Origin: Octopus vulgaris
Taxonomy: Eukaryota
Direction: 5' to 3'
Length of the DNA stretch: 64,000 bases
Assembly (NCBI GenBank): GCA_951406725.2
Contig: OX597819.1
Location: 89,528,001 to 89,592,000, forward strand
In this document: positions 14,129 to 27,553 of the stretch, piece by piece
How positions within the stretch are numbered: the first letter of the stretch is position 1
How the letters are laid out: every line of letters begins with the position of its first letter
Notes under the pieces: generated by a model
Database searches by the model: none
What the model saw: only the letters and a program-made list of their open reading frames with translations
What the model was told of the DNA's origin: nothing
Made by a program: the position numbers and the translations under genes

Positions 14129-14519
14129 GTCAGGATTAGATTTTTCTGGGGGGTTTTTCTATTAATGGAAGATATTAGTAACTTATGCGTGCAAATCTCA
14201 CCTTCCACGCTTCGATGTTGCCCAAGAAAAAGACCTATACTGCTTGGAACAAATTTTGTTGCAGCCATTGCTTCCGGAACGCAAAAAAGCCCAACGGAAT
14301 TGATACGTGGCTAACCTGTCAGATGTTCTAAGAATTCTCTCAATCCAATGCCCTTCCTTAGTACTTTACTTTAGTGGGTCCGAGAAAATAATAGGCAAAG
14401 TTGATCCGATAGGATTTGAACACAGAACGCAGAGAGCTGGTAAAATATACCAATGCATTCTACCCGGCTCTCTAACAATAAAGTTAGTTTGCGTAGAAGA
14501 ATATATATGGACTTCTGCC

Positions 14520-14678
14520 ATAGGGACAACAGCTTGGAGGAGAGGCGAGGGGCAGTCCGCACCGGGCCACACTTTTATGGGGAAGCACGTTTGGGTCAGC
14601 TGTATAATCCTATTTGGTGGTGGAGAGGTGTAAACTCAAGGGCTGCCTCCATCAGCACACTCTCTAGCTACGCTATTG
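14520..14678. mobile_element. Degenerate MITE related to 13877-14128
   Basis: Shares the terminus cacactctctagctacgctattg. Left end decayed. Confidence 0.45.
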
Positions 14679-15036
14679 AGGAACAGATAACTGAAATACA
14701 GGTGATATTCAGCTATAGCCGCAATAGCGAAATCCATGGGGTATACAAAAAAATCACTGACAACCTTGCAATGAGATTGCCAATAACACACACACAGACA
14801 CACCCACGCACGCACACACACATGCACACACGCACGCACACATGCATACATACATACATACATACATACATACATACATACATACATACATACATACATA
14901 CATACATGCATGCATGCATGCATACATACATACATACATACATACATACATACATACATACATACATACATGCATACATACATACATACATACATACATA
15001 CATACATACATACATACATACATACATGCATACATA

Positions 15037-15254
15037 CGATGGGGTGCTGAAAAGTTCCTGGCTTTAAGCGTATCACGAAAGGCCAGGCTGGAGGCCCAAC
15101 CTTCCGAGTTCTTTTACAGGGTTTAGAAAAACTGAAGGATTGCTGCAATAAGTGTAAGGATCCGAGAGGGGGAATATGTTGAATAAAATCATAATTAACT
15201 GATCCTTCTGTATTTTCTTTCACTTAAAACCAGGAACTTTTCAACACCCCCTCG
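15037..15254 (+). mobile_element. Mariner-derived MITE inserted in (CATA)n
   Basis: TA-cgatggggtgctgaaaagttcctgg ... ccaggaacttttcaacaccccctcg-TA. Interior is the mariner transposase C-terminus. Confidence 0.9.
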
Positions 15255-15716
15255 TACATACATACATCCATCCATATATACATATATACATCCATACATA
15301 CATACATACATATATACATACATACATACATACATACATACATACATACATACATACATACATACATACATACATACATACATTCTCAAAACCAGAAAGG
15401 AGAAAGCTGATTTGGAGACTACAAATCCAAGCCATCACTGGAATTGTAAAAATCTGTAAAACTTTCCAGAAGTTTATCATTTAAGTATATATGAACATGT
15501 CTATATATGCAAGTATATACGTGAGAAGACATGCATAAAACAAAACATACAAATCTGCACATACACATTCATACATACAAAAATACCCTGTTGATGTTGT
15601 TGAAATTCGAATGAAAGAGCCTTGGATCTAGGTTAGAAACTGCCTTTTTCTTTATTTGCAAGAAATCTTCAAATAGAATTGAATAATGACATACATAAAT
15701 GCATACCTACGTACAC

Positions 15717-15749
<33 letters not shown>

Positions 15750-16039
15750 TGTATGTATGTATGTATGTATGTATGTATGTATGTATGTATGTATGTATGT
15801 ATGTATGTATAGTATTAATATTCAGATACGTATTTTTCTAATCTATTTTGTTTCATTTTGAAATCTGGCATAGTAAGGATGTCAAATGCAGCCTCATAAC
15901 GAAGAAGCCAAAAATCTTTAAGACACTTTTATTCATGTAGCGGTATATAAGAATAATCAGTTAATAGTACATATCAACAGTCCAATTCGAAAAATAAAAC
16001 AAAACGAAACAAAAGAAGAAAAAACCTTTTTTTTTTATT

Positions 16040-17340
16040 GATCCGATTTTGGCATTTTGCCTTAACAGAAAGTCTTCAATTCCAGTCACATATTGAAACA
16101 CGGTATCTAATACCTCATAACAGGAAAAAGGATTTGCCGTCCTTTTTTAATACTGGAAAATGCATCGGACAAAGTTTTCTTTTGCTAAATCGAAGTGCCT
16201 GTTCCAACTTCGTTTTCTTCTTCGCTGTCTTCTAATTTTCTTTTAACACTTTCAGCTATCTCCTTGTCATTTAGCTCATGTGATACTAACAAGTAATCAT
16301 CTACAGTTATAAATGTCTCCAGGCTTAGATCGTGTAGAAAATCTTTTATAGCCGAAACCAAGATCCGCAACCGTTGACTTTTTCAATCACTTTCGTTTTC
16401 TTCCAAACCTATTTCTTCATCACTCAGAGCTGCTTCTGAAAGAAAGTAAATAAATGAACAAATAAATCAATAAATAAATAACACCAGTTTTTTTTCTTCT
16501 CCCTAACATTTTAAGATTTATTCGTTTTTCACTGCTCACCACGCTGTTGCTATCATGTCAATCGCTTGTTTATCATCACGTATTGAAAATTCCTCATCAC
16601 TGTTCATATTAAAAAGCAACATTTTCAACAGCTTATTATTCATTTATTGCTTTTTATTGTTTTGTTTTTTTTGTATTTTTGTAATGGGTTTTCGAGGCAA
16701 GAATTATTCCTAGATCCAATGCTTGTAAAACTGCAGTGCAATTTGATAGAAGATACTCGACCCGGACATTATCTAAATGAAGCAGTTTGCTGTGCAGAAA
16801 ATACTTTTCTATTTTATCTTTTACACTTTCTTGTCAAAGTGACAAACAACTCTCTTGACATCCAAGCTATTTTTGTTGACATATTTAACCAAAAGATACT
16901 TTACATTTTCGAAGTTTCCAGGAAATTTTGAATAACAAAGGGACATAATTTTTCAGTTCTTGTCGCGATACAAACAAGTTTTGTTGTTAGGATATCTCTG
17001 GTCGCTTGAGGTAACAACTAAAAAGAAAATTGACTCATCTGCAATAAATATATTTTCTTTGTTGTAGGAAAAAGTTTCTTTATTTCCCCTTCTTGCCACT
17101 CAATGGTTTTTTTTTTTTTTTGTTCTGGAACGTCAGTTACTTCACCATAGAAAGCTTAGGTTAAGGTCCCATAATATTCATGGAATCGAATCAGCCATCC
17201 GAAACCAGCCTGAAAATTTGAGGCCACACAAAAATTTTGCCGTATCCAAAGATTTCTTTTGATTAGGTGCGGCCTTCGTACCAACTCGATATTTATTTCA
17301 TTCTTATCGTTATTTGTACATTTTGTTTCCTGCTAATGTA
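16040..17340 (-). mobile_element. pogo/Tigger transposase remnant
   Basis: Fragmented translation with GW-HTH segment, NIFIADE, KIAWMSRELF, LQALDLGII and acidic tail FITVDDYLLVSHELNDKEIAESV. Confidence 0.65.
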
Positions 17341-17639
17341 AACAAAATACAAATACTCGCAGACGCACAAACTGACGCACAAATTGACGCACAATTGTAA
17401 CAGATTTACTAAAACGGTTTCGGCAATTTTTCGTTTATCAATGTTAAATATATATATATATAAACAGTGGTTTTAGGAGAGGTTAAAGTTACAAGGGAAA
17501 GATCGAAAAAAAAACATGTTTAAAAGATCACTGAGATAGACAGTAATACAAGCTCAAATATTTGGTGAATTTCATAACAGTCATACACGATTAAAAGTTC
17601 AGTAATATTGAGTTATATTAACAATTAGATACGCTGAAG

Positions 17640-18742
17640 TTTTTTTTTTATATAAAAAGAGTAAGAAAAAGGTTCAAGTTCTGATTGTTTGTAAATTTAA
17701 TGACGCCACTTGCTTTTGTTCATCTATAGTCTAGTATTCTGACTGGCTGTTTTACGTATGCGTTGGTTAAATACTTATGTTTGGCAGAAGTCCAGCGTTC
17801 TGGTTGGTCGACTTCTCCTTGATGTTGATTGTTTGTCGACCGTTTTGATCATTCTCCCTAGTAGAGATCCAGTGCTCTGGTTGACTGATTTTCTGCTTAC
17901 GTCGTTTGTTTTTGAAAAACAATTTGATAACTTGTTTTTTATCTGACGATCGTCCAGCTTTCTGGTAGGTTGATTCTCTTAAGAAGCCACTGGTCTCGCT
18001 CAGTTCAATGCTTATTTGTTTTTCCTAAGAGTCCGGTTTTGACCAAAAAAAATTCTACTGGTTAAGTTTAGAGTGACTTCAGCAACTGGTGTTTGAGATC
18101 TAAGGTGCTATTGTATAGCAGTTTGGAGTTAGGGTTTCTAATCCCTGAGGTACCCCGTTACATAAACTTTGGATTTGTTCCTATTGTTTCTGGTCGGTTT
18201 TCATGAATAAATTGGAGGTTCTCATTTTAGTGAGTTGTGGTTTAAATTTTTTAAGCATATTTTCTTTATCTAATCGGAATTGGGCTGAAGTGTTTCCCGC
18301 GTATATCAATACGCTGGAAAGAGAGGGGAAATCTGGTATTTTGGATATTTGTTCGCGAGGCACTGATTTAGATGTTTACTTACGGGAATTTTTCTAGTTG
18401 TGGGATCCCGAATTTGCTACTGGTGTACTGTCATTCTCTCTTCCAGTACATTCTCTCTACATTCGACCCATGTAGTCCCTATTGCACCCGTCGCATTTGA
18501 GAACATAAATCAAGTTCCTCGACGCTCAGGTGGTATGATTTTTATGGTGTGTGTTTGTCCTGACTTGAATTCAAATGTTGAAGCTTCCATAAGGTTGATG
18601 CAGACCCGCAATTAGTGCATTAGCACGGTTGCAGTTTTTGACAAGTGGGGTTGTATTTTTGGTGGGCAATTTGGAGCTAGTAAGTAACCTTTTTAGAGAT
18701 TTTAGTTGTCTCTTATTTTTAACAATTTTGTGTTTCGAGTGC

Positions 18743-18745
<3 letters not shown>
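17640..18745 (-). mobile_element. Penelope-like element 3' part (GIY-YIG endonuclease plus UTR), decayed
   Basis: KIVKNKRQLKSLKRLLTSSKL...KNCNR..., ERMTVHQ*QIRDPTTRKIPVSKHLNQC, KENMLKKFKPQL are PLE linker and GIY-YIG features. Paralogous to 43560-43910. Confidence 0.75.
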
Positions 18746-18803
<58 letters not shown>

Positions 18804-18806
<3 letters not shown>

Positions 18807-18870
18807 TAAGACTACCATTGGTTTCATGTTAAGAAAAATATCTTAACACGAAACTAATGATAGCCTTAAT
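18804..18870. repeat. Hairpin with ~30-bp arms
   Basis: tattaagactaccattggtttcatgttaaga-aaaata-tcttaacacgaaactaatgatagccttaata. Confidence 0.7.
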
Positions 18871-19352
18871 ACACAAATAAAGAAATTCTATCCACCAATG
18901 CGGTGTTGAGCATTCAATTTCGTCGTTCGACATTTATGTGTGTGTGTATGTATGTATGTATGTATGTATATATGATTGCTTCATCTTGACAGATGATAGC
19001 CGTCCTATCAGCACACACACCACACCCCGTCACATAAGCGCAGTCTCTCCGTTGACGAGCCCTCAGATGACCTTTAAGCTGCTGACTGACAGGGTTTAAA
19101 ACACAAGTGACAGATATTATTCAATTTTCTTTTACATCTTTGTTATACACTGCTGGTCCCAATGAGCTTCCTCGTATTGTTGTAGCTTTCGAATGATGCC
19201 ACCTTGATGGTTGGGCGGGTAAGTCAACATTCTACCGGAAAAGAACGCCAGGTCGTCGTCATGATATGCATTTACAGCTGAGCGAATTGAAGCAACGTGC
19301 AATGAAGAGTTCTGCTCAAGATCATGACGCGCATGTACACGTGTCAGTATAT

Positions 19353-19420
<68 letters not shown>

Positions 19421-19453
19421 ACACATACACACATATATATATATATATATATA

Positions 19454-19820
19454 TGAGGTGCATTCCAGAAATTTTGAGACATTTTCAGTAGAGACATTCA
19501 TTAATTTCAATGAAGCACGAAACTCTAACCTCCTTCGAAGTACTATCCTTTGATTTCAGTGTACATGTTGCAGCGCTCCAGTCACTTCATGAAGGCACCG
19601 AGGAAGTTCTCCAGAGTGAATGTGTCCAGAAACATTGTCACAATCTCCACCTTCTCAATGTCTTCAAAACGACTGCTCCCGAGGTACTCCTTCAGCTTGG
19701 GGGATCAACCAAAAGTCACAGGAACCAAGGTCTCGCCTGTAGGGAGGGTGAGGGACAGTTTTGATGCCCAAATCTGTCAGGTAGTTGCTCACCAGGATGG
19801 AGCTGTGAGAAGCAGTGTTT
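19454..19820 (-). mobile_element. Mariner transposase 3' fragment with TIR
   Basis: NTASHSSILVSNYLTDLGIKTVPHPPYRRDLGSCDFW...RFEDIE...YFEGG is a YSPDLAP-like motif. TIR abuts (TA)n. Confidence 0.85.
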
Positions 19821-20098
19821 GGTAGGACATGTTCAAAGTGCTGTTAAAGCCATCAGCTTCAATCTGGAATAAAAGTTGGCAGGTCAGCTAATTTGATGTA
19901 TGGTAATGTTATATTAAAATTACAACAGCTATAACTACCTTTCCTATAAAAAGTCTTCTGGAATATCTCTCGTGGATAAACACACACACACATCTATGTA
20001 TATATATGAGTATATATATATATATATATATATACATACATATAAATACCTATATATTTATATATATATATATGTGTGTGTGTGTATGTATGTATATA

Positions 20099-20484
20099 CG
20101 AGCAAAACGGCCCCCCGTCCCATGGACGATGCCGAGTTGTTAAACATTTTAACCAAATTTTCTCAAAACAACTTGTCCGATTGTCCCATTTTGTGGCATT
20201 ATTTCAAGCCAGCCAGCTTTTTTGGCGCAAACTGCACGTGCATTTTTCTCGCGTACGCGTAGTATTGATCGCAACAGCTGATGTACTTGAGAGTACAAAT
20301 GCACGTTCCCACGGCTTTATCGATCGCGTTCTCACCTGGAATTGAATTTTGTAATATTTTCAAGACTTATACACGCCCTGATACCGTCGGTATCTACATA
20401 TCAAATTTGAGCGCAATCGGATGGAGGATGCCCGAGATCATAGAAGACACACACAGACAGACAGAACGGATTTTATATAACAGA
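20099..20484 (-). mobile_element. Non-autonomous Helitron-like element
   Basis: Minus strand starts A|TC..tatataaa with (ctgt)n and ends with GC hairpin cgtccatgggacg and CTCG|T (CTAG expected). Confidence 0.6.
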
Positions 20485-20519
20485 TATATACATGTATGTA
20501 TGTATATATACTTTTCATG

Positions 20520-20566
<47 letters not shown>

Positions 20567-21404
20567 ACATATACATATACATGTATTTCTATATGCATGT
20601 GTGTGTATGTGTGTGCGTGCGTACACACAAGCACACACATTTGTGCGCAACACGCTTATTCCTGCGTAAAAAAAATATATGACATGAAAACCAGCATGTG
20701 ATTTATCGACGGACCATACAAAACTTCCAATGCAAAATATATGCTTCATTTTCAACCAGCAATAAAGCATTTTGTTATTTGACGTCATACTGTTCAGAGC
20801 ACACGTAATCATTCATTTACTCGTCAATAATGAAAATATAACAATTTCCGGATCTCATAATTTACTGTAAGTAAAAAAATTTTTTGAATACTATATTAAG
20901 GTGACAGGAAACCAGTCAACTATTGTTATCATGCATTATTATAACACCATTCCGGAGGGGAGAAGACTACCACAGTGTGTTATCTTATATTGTTAAGCAT
21001 TTAACTTGTTTCTGCTTGACAACGCTTTCAAATACTTGCTTGCAACGGAAAAATGTATTTTATATAATTAAAATATGGTGGAGATGATGTGTACGTGTGT
21101 GGGTAATTGTAGTGTATTAATTATTTTGTTATTGTATACAGTTGAATTTTAATAAAATATGTGGTTGTTTGCGATTATACAAATAAAACAGAATTATTGA
21201 ATATAGGAATTACAAGTTATTAACATGGGCTTAATTTGTTAAGAGCTACAAATGGTTATACATTTGTCATATGCAAGTTGAACAATGAGAATCAAAACGA
21301 TGACTAGCATATTCATTCTTAATACGTTCCGGCCGACTCGAACGTGATTATGCTAATCGTTGCTGTGCTTCGTCATAAGAGAATAACTTCTTTTCGATGA
21401 ATGT

Positions 21405-21630
21405 CTACTCTTTTACTCTTTTACTTGTTTCAGTCATTTGACTGCGGCCATGCTGGAGCACTGCTTTTAGGAAATCGACCCCCAGGACTTATTCTTTGTA
21501 AGCCTAGTACTTATTCTATCGGTCTCTTTTGTCGAACCGCTAAGTTACGGGGACGTAAACACACCAGCATCGGTTGTCCAGCGATGTTGGAGGGGGGAGG
21601 GGACAGACACAGACACACAAACACACACAT

Positions 21631-21661
<31 letters not shown>

Positions 21662-21825
21662 CGACAGGCGTCTTTCAGTTTCCGTCTACCAAATCCACTC
21701 ACAAGGCTTTGGTTGGCCCAAGGCTATAGTAGGAGGCACTTGCCCATGGTACCACGCAGTGGGACTGAACCCGGAATCATGTGGTTGGTAAGCAAGCTAC
21801 TTACCACACAGCCAATCCTGCGCTT
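21405..21825 (-). mobile_element. tRNA-derived CORE-type SINE (same family as 8786)
   Basis: Reverse complement of the 8786-9300 family along its full length. Confidence 0.9.
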
Positions 21826-22244
21826 GTTCATAAAACATTCGATTCATCAGCGCAAGATATTTTTAGCAATGTCGAAACACCGGATTTTGCAAAGTACCTT
21901 CAGCTATAAACATATATTCGTCGTAAAGAAAATTGTTCTCCTGTGACGAAACACATAAGAAATAGGAACTTTCATGTTCGTATCTGCCGGAATGTATTAA
22001 GAATAAATATGTAAGTCATGAGTAAAAAATATTTGCATTAAACTTTTAAGAGAAATTACATAGTTTAACTTTGTATATATTTTGATGGGAATTTCATCCA
22101 CTGATATATAAAAATGCTGCAAGGCAGCGAATTGGCCGTGTCATTAGATTATCTTGCGATATTCGATCCGCTTTCCTAGGCTCTGCGTCAAAATTTCGCT
22201 GACGTCAATTTTACCTCTCAACCATTTAGAGACGATAATGTACC

Positions 22245-22659
22245 TATTTCTTTACTACCCACAAGGGGCTGAACACAGAGGGGACAAACAAGGACAGACA
22301 CACGGAGTAAGTCGATTAGATCGACCCCAGTGCGTAACTGGTACTTAATTTATCGACCCCGAAAGGATGAAAGGCAAAGTCGACCTCGGCGGAATTTGAA
22401 CTCAGAACGTAGCGGCAGACGAAATACCTATTTCTTTACTACCCACAAGGGGCTAAACACAGAGAGGACAAATAAGGACAGACAAACGAATTAAGTCGAT
22501 TACATCGACCCCAGTGCGTAACTGGTACTTATTTAATCGACCCCGATAGGATGAAAGGCAAAGTCGACCTCGGCGAAATTTGAACTAAGAACGTAACGGC
22601 AGACGAAATACGGCTACGCATTTCGCCCGGCGTGCTAACGTTTCTGCCAGCTCGCCGCC
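22245..22659 (-). mobile_element. Dimeric tRNA-derived SINE (Meta-domain-like core) with TSD
   Basis: Head ggcggcgagctggcagaaacgttagc. Body with gtcgactttgcctttcatcctttcggggtcgat is duplicated in tandem. TSD ttagagacgataatgtacc at 22226-22244 and 22660-22678. Confidence 0.9.
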
Positions 22660-22984
22660 TTAGAGACGATAATGTACCGGTCCTATACTCAGATATCAAG
22701 GTCGATTTTTCTTCTTTTTTCTTTCTTACTTCCTTCTTTTGTTTGTTTGTTTATTTCTTTCTTTCTGGAGGAAATCAGCTTTCATCAGAGCAGGAAGGGG
22801 AAAGGCATAGGCAGGTGAAAATTATGTCCAGTACATAACCTATATCAGGACGATGCCGCTACGAATTTTTCAGGTGTTGAGGACCTAAGGATATATGCAA
22901 TCCTGAGATACACCGCATGTAATTTGTATGCAAATTTAGTTACTGAAGTAAGAATGTTGTGTGCAAATAGGGATTCATATATAA

Positions 22985-23052
<68 letters not shown>

Positions 23053-23904
23053 ATCAATGTCTATGATTGTGTTTACGCGGGTCTAAAACTTAACAGTGCT
23101 GTTGTCTAAGTTGCCTCACTTTATGTTACGTAACTTATCGTTTCGATTAATTACAATCAATAAAATAGGTACCACGCGCTGAAATAAATCCTGAGTCAAT
23201 ATGATCGATTAAAATCTTGAAAGCTGATGCTTTAGCATGGCTGCTGTCAAATAACTAAAACAAGTAAAAGAGTGAAAGCTTATCTTCGATGACAAATGGA
23301 TAAGAAACTATCATTTTTTGAAACTAAGTCTTAATAACATTAAAGCATAATGAAAGCGTAGTTTTCGACATCTTCTTCCGTTCATTTTTTTTTCTAATAC
23401 CCTGAAAGCAGAAGATAACACTTTGTGAATGGTCGTAAATTTGATAAATTTTTGGTAGGAATGATATAGTTTTCCTGATATTTCATACAGCTGTATATAA
23501 GGAACTGTTCACCTCGTTGTGGCGATATTGTCTTTTTAAGCGGGTGTAGAATATAATTGTCAAAGACGATTCAACAGACTCTGTGGAATTGTTAAGAGAT
23601 AAAATGTAAGCATAGTCATGTTATCGCAGCCAGAAAGCAAATTTGGGCCATGAATAATGTACTGATTGTGGAATTCCAAATCAATCTTGTACTCTTTCAT
23701 ATTTGCATATATGCATTTCAGTCTTCCAGTAAGTGCAGATAATTAATGAAGCGCTTTTCAAGCAAGATTGTCTTTAATCTTGAGATACGAGAGATATTGT
23801 TGTTGTGACTGATGTTGTGTTGTTTAGCTTCAGGTCGAGCATGATCGGGTAGATCTATATTTAAAGGCAATCCAACTGTGACTATACCGTATTTTTGAGG
23901 TTAT

Positions 23905-24790
23905 AGTATTGGGTCTGTCCAAAAAGAAATCAGGCTTTTAAAACAGCGCTCCAATCAACAAGTGCAGCATACTTGCGACTGCAATGCTGTGTATGAGTAA
24001 CTTTGATTTTCATTCTAATCATAGCCATCATCACGCTACATCAGTTAGTCATCCATCCACACTCGCTGGTATGAACATAGATTTAGTACATTTAGTGGTT
24101 TGTAGCGAATTAAAGGATTAAAAAAAACATCAACGTATATTGTGTGAAATTCTGTTTGAAAGTGAGAAAAGCTTTCAAGGTGATCTTTTCCGAATATTGC
24201 AACAGGACTAGGGAGGGGATTATTTGAGCCGTACTTAGTGTCTTGAGTGATACAGACGCTTCAAATTGGAAAAAGAAAAACATCCACTGAAGACAATTCC
24301 AAATATGGATGACCTCTCACGACAACGGAATATAGACACATTGCCAAAGTGAAACGCGTCGCCTGATTGTCTATGAAGTTTCCAAAGAAGGCTTCTGTAA
24401 AAGTTCGAGCCACACGGTTTTTTAAAAACGAGAATAATTAAAGATGCATCATGCTGCCGCAAAAATCTGCTGACAAACAGAAAGAGAACCGAGTCATAAT
24501 CAGGCAGGAGATGTTCAATCGTTCTAATGTTGAAGAAGACCCATCTAAAAATTGTATGATCAGAGATGGACAAACATGGGTATACGGCTACAATGTCGAA
24601 ACAAAAGAGCAGCTTTCAAAGTCGGATGGATTATCAAGCCGCGACCAAAACTTTACGCCATTGTTGTTGAAGTGTGAAGGTGATATTGATAACCATTTGA
24701 TTAGTAGGATGTCGTTCACCATGAATTTCTTCTACCTGGTCATACGATTTGTAAAGGGCCTTGCTTCTATGTCCTGAGGTAGATGAGAAG
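23905..24790 (+). mobile_element. Mariner element remnant
   Basis: CVKFCLK, YLSRT*CLE*YRRFK, DKQKENRV...DGQTWVYGYNVETKEQ (GDETWVY motif). Confidence 0.8.
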
Positions 24791-25065
24791 GGCGGTGGTG
24801 GTGACGGCGGCGGTGGTGGTGGTGGTTGTGGTGGCGGCGGTAGCGGCAGCAGCGACGACGACGACTACGTGGTCCCGTCTCAGATTTCGTTAGTTGAAGT
24901 TTTATCACTTTTTCTACATAGCTTTCTGTAACAGTTGTTATTAGAAAATATTAACATGATCAGCTTAGGAAATTTCTCTACGATGTTCTCTACTTAATTT
25001 GAAACGAAAAATATATACAATTGGACACTAAAAGAAATACATACACCACGTCTACACACACACGC

Positions 25066-25096
<31 letters not shown>

Positions 25097-25130
25097 CATA
25101 CATACATACATACATACATACATACATACA

Positions 25131-25164
<34 letters not shown>

Positions 25165-25293
25165 AAATACGTAAATATATATAGATTATGTATGTATATA
25201 TGATTATTATTATTGAGTGAGAGCGCAATACATGCTATCAAAGTAACACTGGGGTACAAATATATGAAGCCCAATAATAATAATTATTATTAC

Positions 25294-25341
<48 letters not shown>

Positions 25342-25689
25342 AGGGAGTCCATAATATCAACTTAATTACTTGACTTGTATTGCATGTTATTGACTTCGGA
25401 GGGATGAAAACAAAGCTGACCTCGGCGGGATTTGAACTCTGAACAAAAATAGCTCAAATATATACGCTAATGACTGCCAATTCAACACTCATTTCTTTAT
25501 TTGCTACACATATAAAATATATAATGAGTTTTCCATCACCTCACGTACAGCCATCGAAGAGAAATAATTGACAAGAGATAGGTAGGTTATCCATAACATG
25601 AAGAAGAAAGACAATGATTCCGGTGAGCATTATTAAAATTATCAATTTAGTCTTTCTGTAACAATAAATCGAATAGGACAAATCCAGAC

Positions 25690-26080
25690 AACAGACTCAA
25701 GTATTATAACTACGTTAAGTAAATTGTGTTGGATATAATGAAGGTAAATCAAATTTTCACAAATACATCATTTCAACACATGATAAAAATAGCAGCAATT
25801 AATAATGAAATAAGATAATTATATGAAGTCATAAACAAGCTTAGCTTCCAGAAGCATGGAAAAGTAAAGCACTTATGAATTGCAAATGTTAGAATACGGT
25901 TTGAATTCACGAGTTCGAACAAATGTCTGTGGAGTAGTTAGACAAATATGCAGAAAATATTTTGAAACTATAATTTAACATTATTTCTGTTTATGAGAAA
26001 TCTCATTACACAATGTATGTTTGTTGGTATCAAGAGTTATGCATGTGTTTATGTGAGACATATTTCTCACAAGTGTATGT
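25690..26080 (+). repeat. Old local duplication, copy 1 (copy 2 at ~28595-28945)
   Basis: Shared blocks such as aacacatgataaaaa.agcaattaataatgaaat, gaagtcataaac, cttatgaattgcaaatg, cacaatgtatgtt.gttggtatcaa. Confidence 0.75.
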
Positions 26081-26162
26081 GACGTTGTGTGAATCTATGC
26101 GGCAAGGTTCTTTATAGTATATGAAAACACGTTCTTTTCGTCAAGGGCGAATGCCAAGGTGT

Positions 26163-26237
<75 letters not shown>

Positions 26238-26391
26238 GAGAGAGAGAAATAGAGAGAGAGTGTGTGTGTGTGTGTGTGTGTACGTGTGTGAGAGAATAAT
26301 GTGTTACTGGTGTTGAGGCAGAGATATAGAATCCTGCTGCACCTACGATAATCTTCAGTCAAAATCCAGGTCTTTTATAACACTGGAAAGA

Positions 26392-27135
26392 GTAAAGATT
26401 TGTGGGTAAGTGGTACATCGTTACACAAACACAATATACTATGAAGTACACTAAATATTTTTATAAGTCAGTACCACGTACCCCTGCGTCAGCAGTGCTT
26501 GTTACATTATGTTTGAGGTTGTTTCTACAGAGATTCTATAGAAATGATAGCCAACAGATTTTTGCTACAACGTCTCATATCGAGACTTCAGATGTAAACA
26601 AGCAATGAGATCGGAGACAAAAATGAGCAATGAGTGTATATGCCATATTTCGGGACTTGTTGCCCCTTCATCAGCGCCCATCTAGCCACTCCTGTCTCCG
26701 AACACACGGCTTATATAGCCACCGCTTACGGCAGTGTTAAGTTATCGGATATACCAATTTACATATTAGACGCATTCCTAGAACTGGTATGTGAACATTA
26801 AAGGTAGTACTGACTTATAGAAATATTTAGTATACTTCATAGTATATAGTGTTTGCATAACGAAATACCACGTACCTACAAACCTTTAATGTTTATATAC
26901 CAGTTCCAGGAATGCGCTTATTGGTATATCCAATAACTTAACACTGCTGTATACAGTGGCTATATAAACAATGTGTTCGGATACAGGAGTGGGCTAGATG
27001 GGCGCTGATAAAGGAGCAACAAGCCCCGAAATATGGCATATACACTCATTACCCACTTTGTTTCCGATCTCATTGCTTGTTTACATGTGACGTCTCGATA
27101 CGAAACGTTGTAGCAAAAATCAGTGCTGGCTATAA
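26392..27135. repeat. Permuted inverted repeat (A-x-B-revA-revB) carrying hammerhead motifs, pLTR-like
   Basis: 26402-26477 is the reverse complement of 26804-26883. About 26545-26805 is the reverse complement of about 26883-27135. Confidence 0.85.
26630..26681 (-). ncRNA. Type I hammerhead-like motif (one extra A after the core)
   Basis: atgggcg-CTGATGA-a-ggggc-aacaa-gtccc-GAA-atatg-g-catat-A-cactcat. The plus-strand twin at 26998-27049 has CTGATAA (C3/A8 mismatch). Confidence 0.55.
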
Positions 27136-27378
27136 AATACTGGAAATAGTGTTTGGAAAGCGTGGATGCACTAAATCATTAATTGTCATTGGATGAAACT
27201 GGTAACCTCTACTCCGTACGTTGTGGGGTTTTGATTGCCAGAAATTCCGATTTTGCGTTTATGTGAAAATAAAAATGTTTCGTGTGAGTCCTCAAAAGCC
27301 GAAATTTGCTTTTTAACTAACGACTGTCATTAATTGGTTATACTTGTGTCGAGGCTTGCTTATAACGCTGTCTGTAAT

Positions 27379-27553
27379 CTATTTCTTTACTACCCACAAA
27401 GGACTAAACACAGAGAGGACAAACAAGGACAGACAAACGGATTAAGTCGATTATATCGAACCCAGTGCGTAACTGGTACTTTTTTTTAATCGATCCCGAA
27501 AGGATGAAAGGCATAGTCTACCTCGGCGGAATTTGAACTCAGAACGTAGCGGC
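27379..27553 (-). mobile_element. 5'-truncated Meta-like tRNA SINE
   Basis: Matches the body of the 22245 element. Confidence 0.85.

Noticed and set aside
15605-15650. ATGAAAG-agcct..aggtt-aGAAAc motif
   Set aside because: The core does not match CUGANGA or UUGANAA, and stems I and III are absent.
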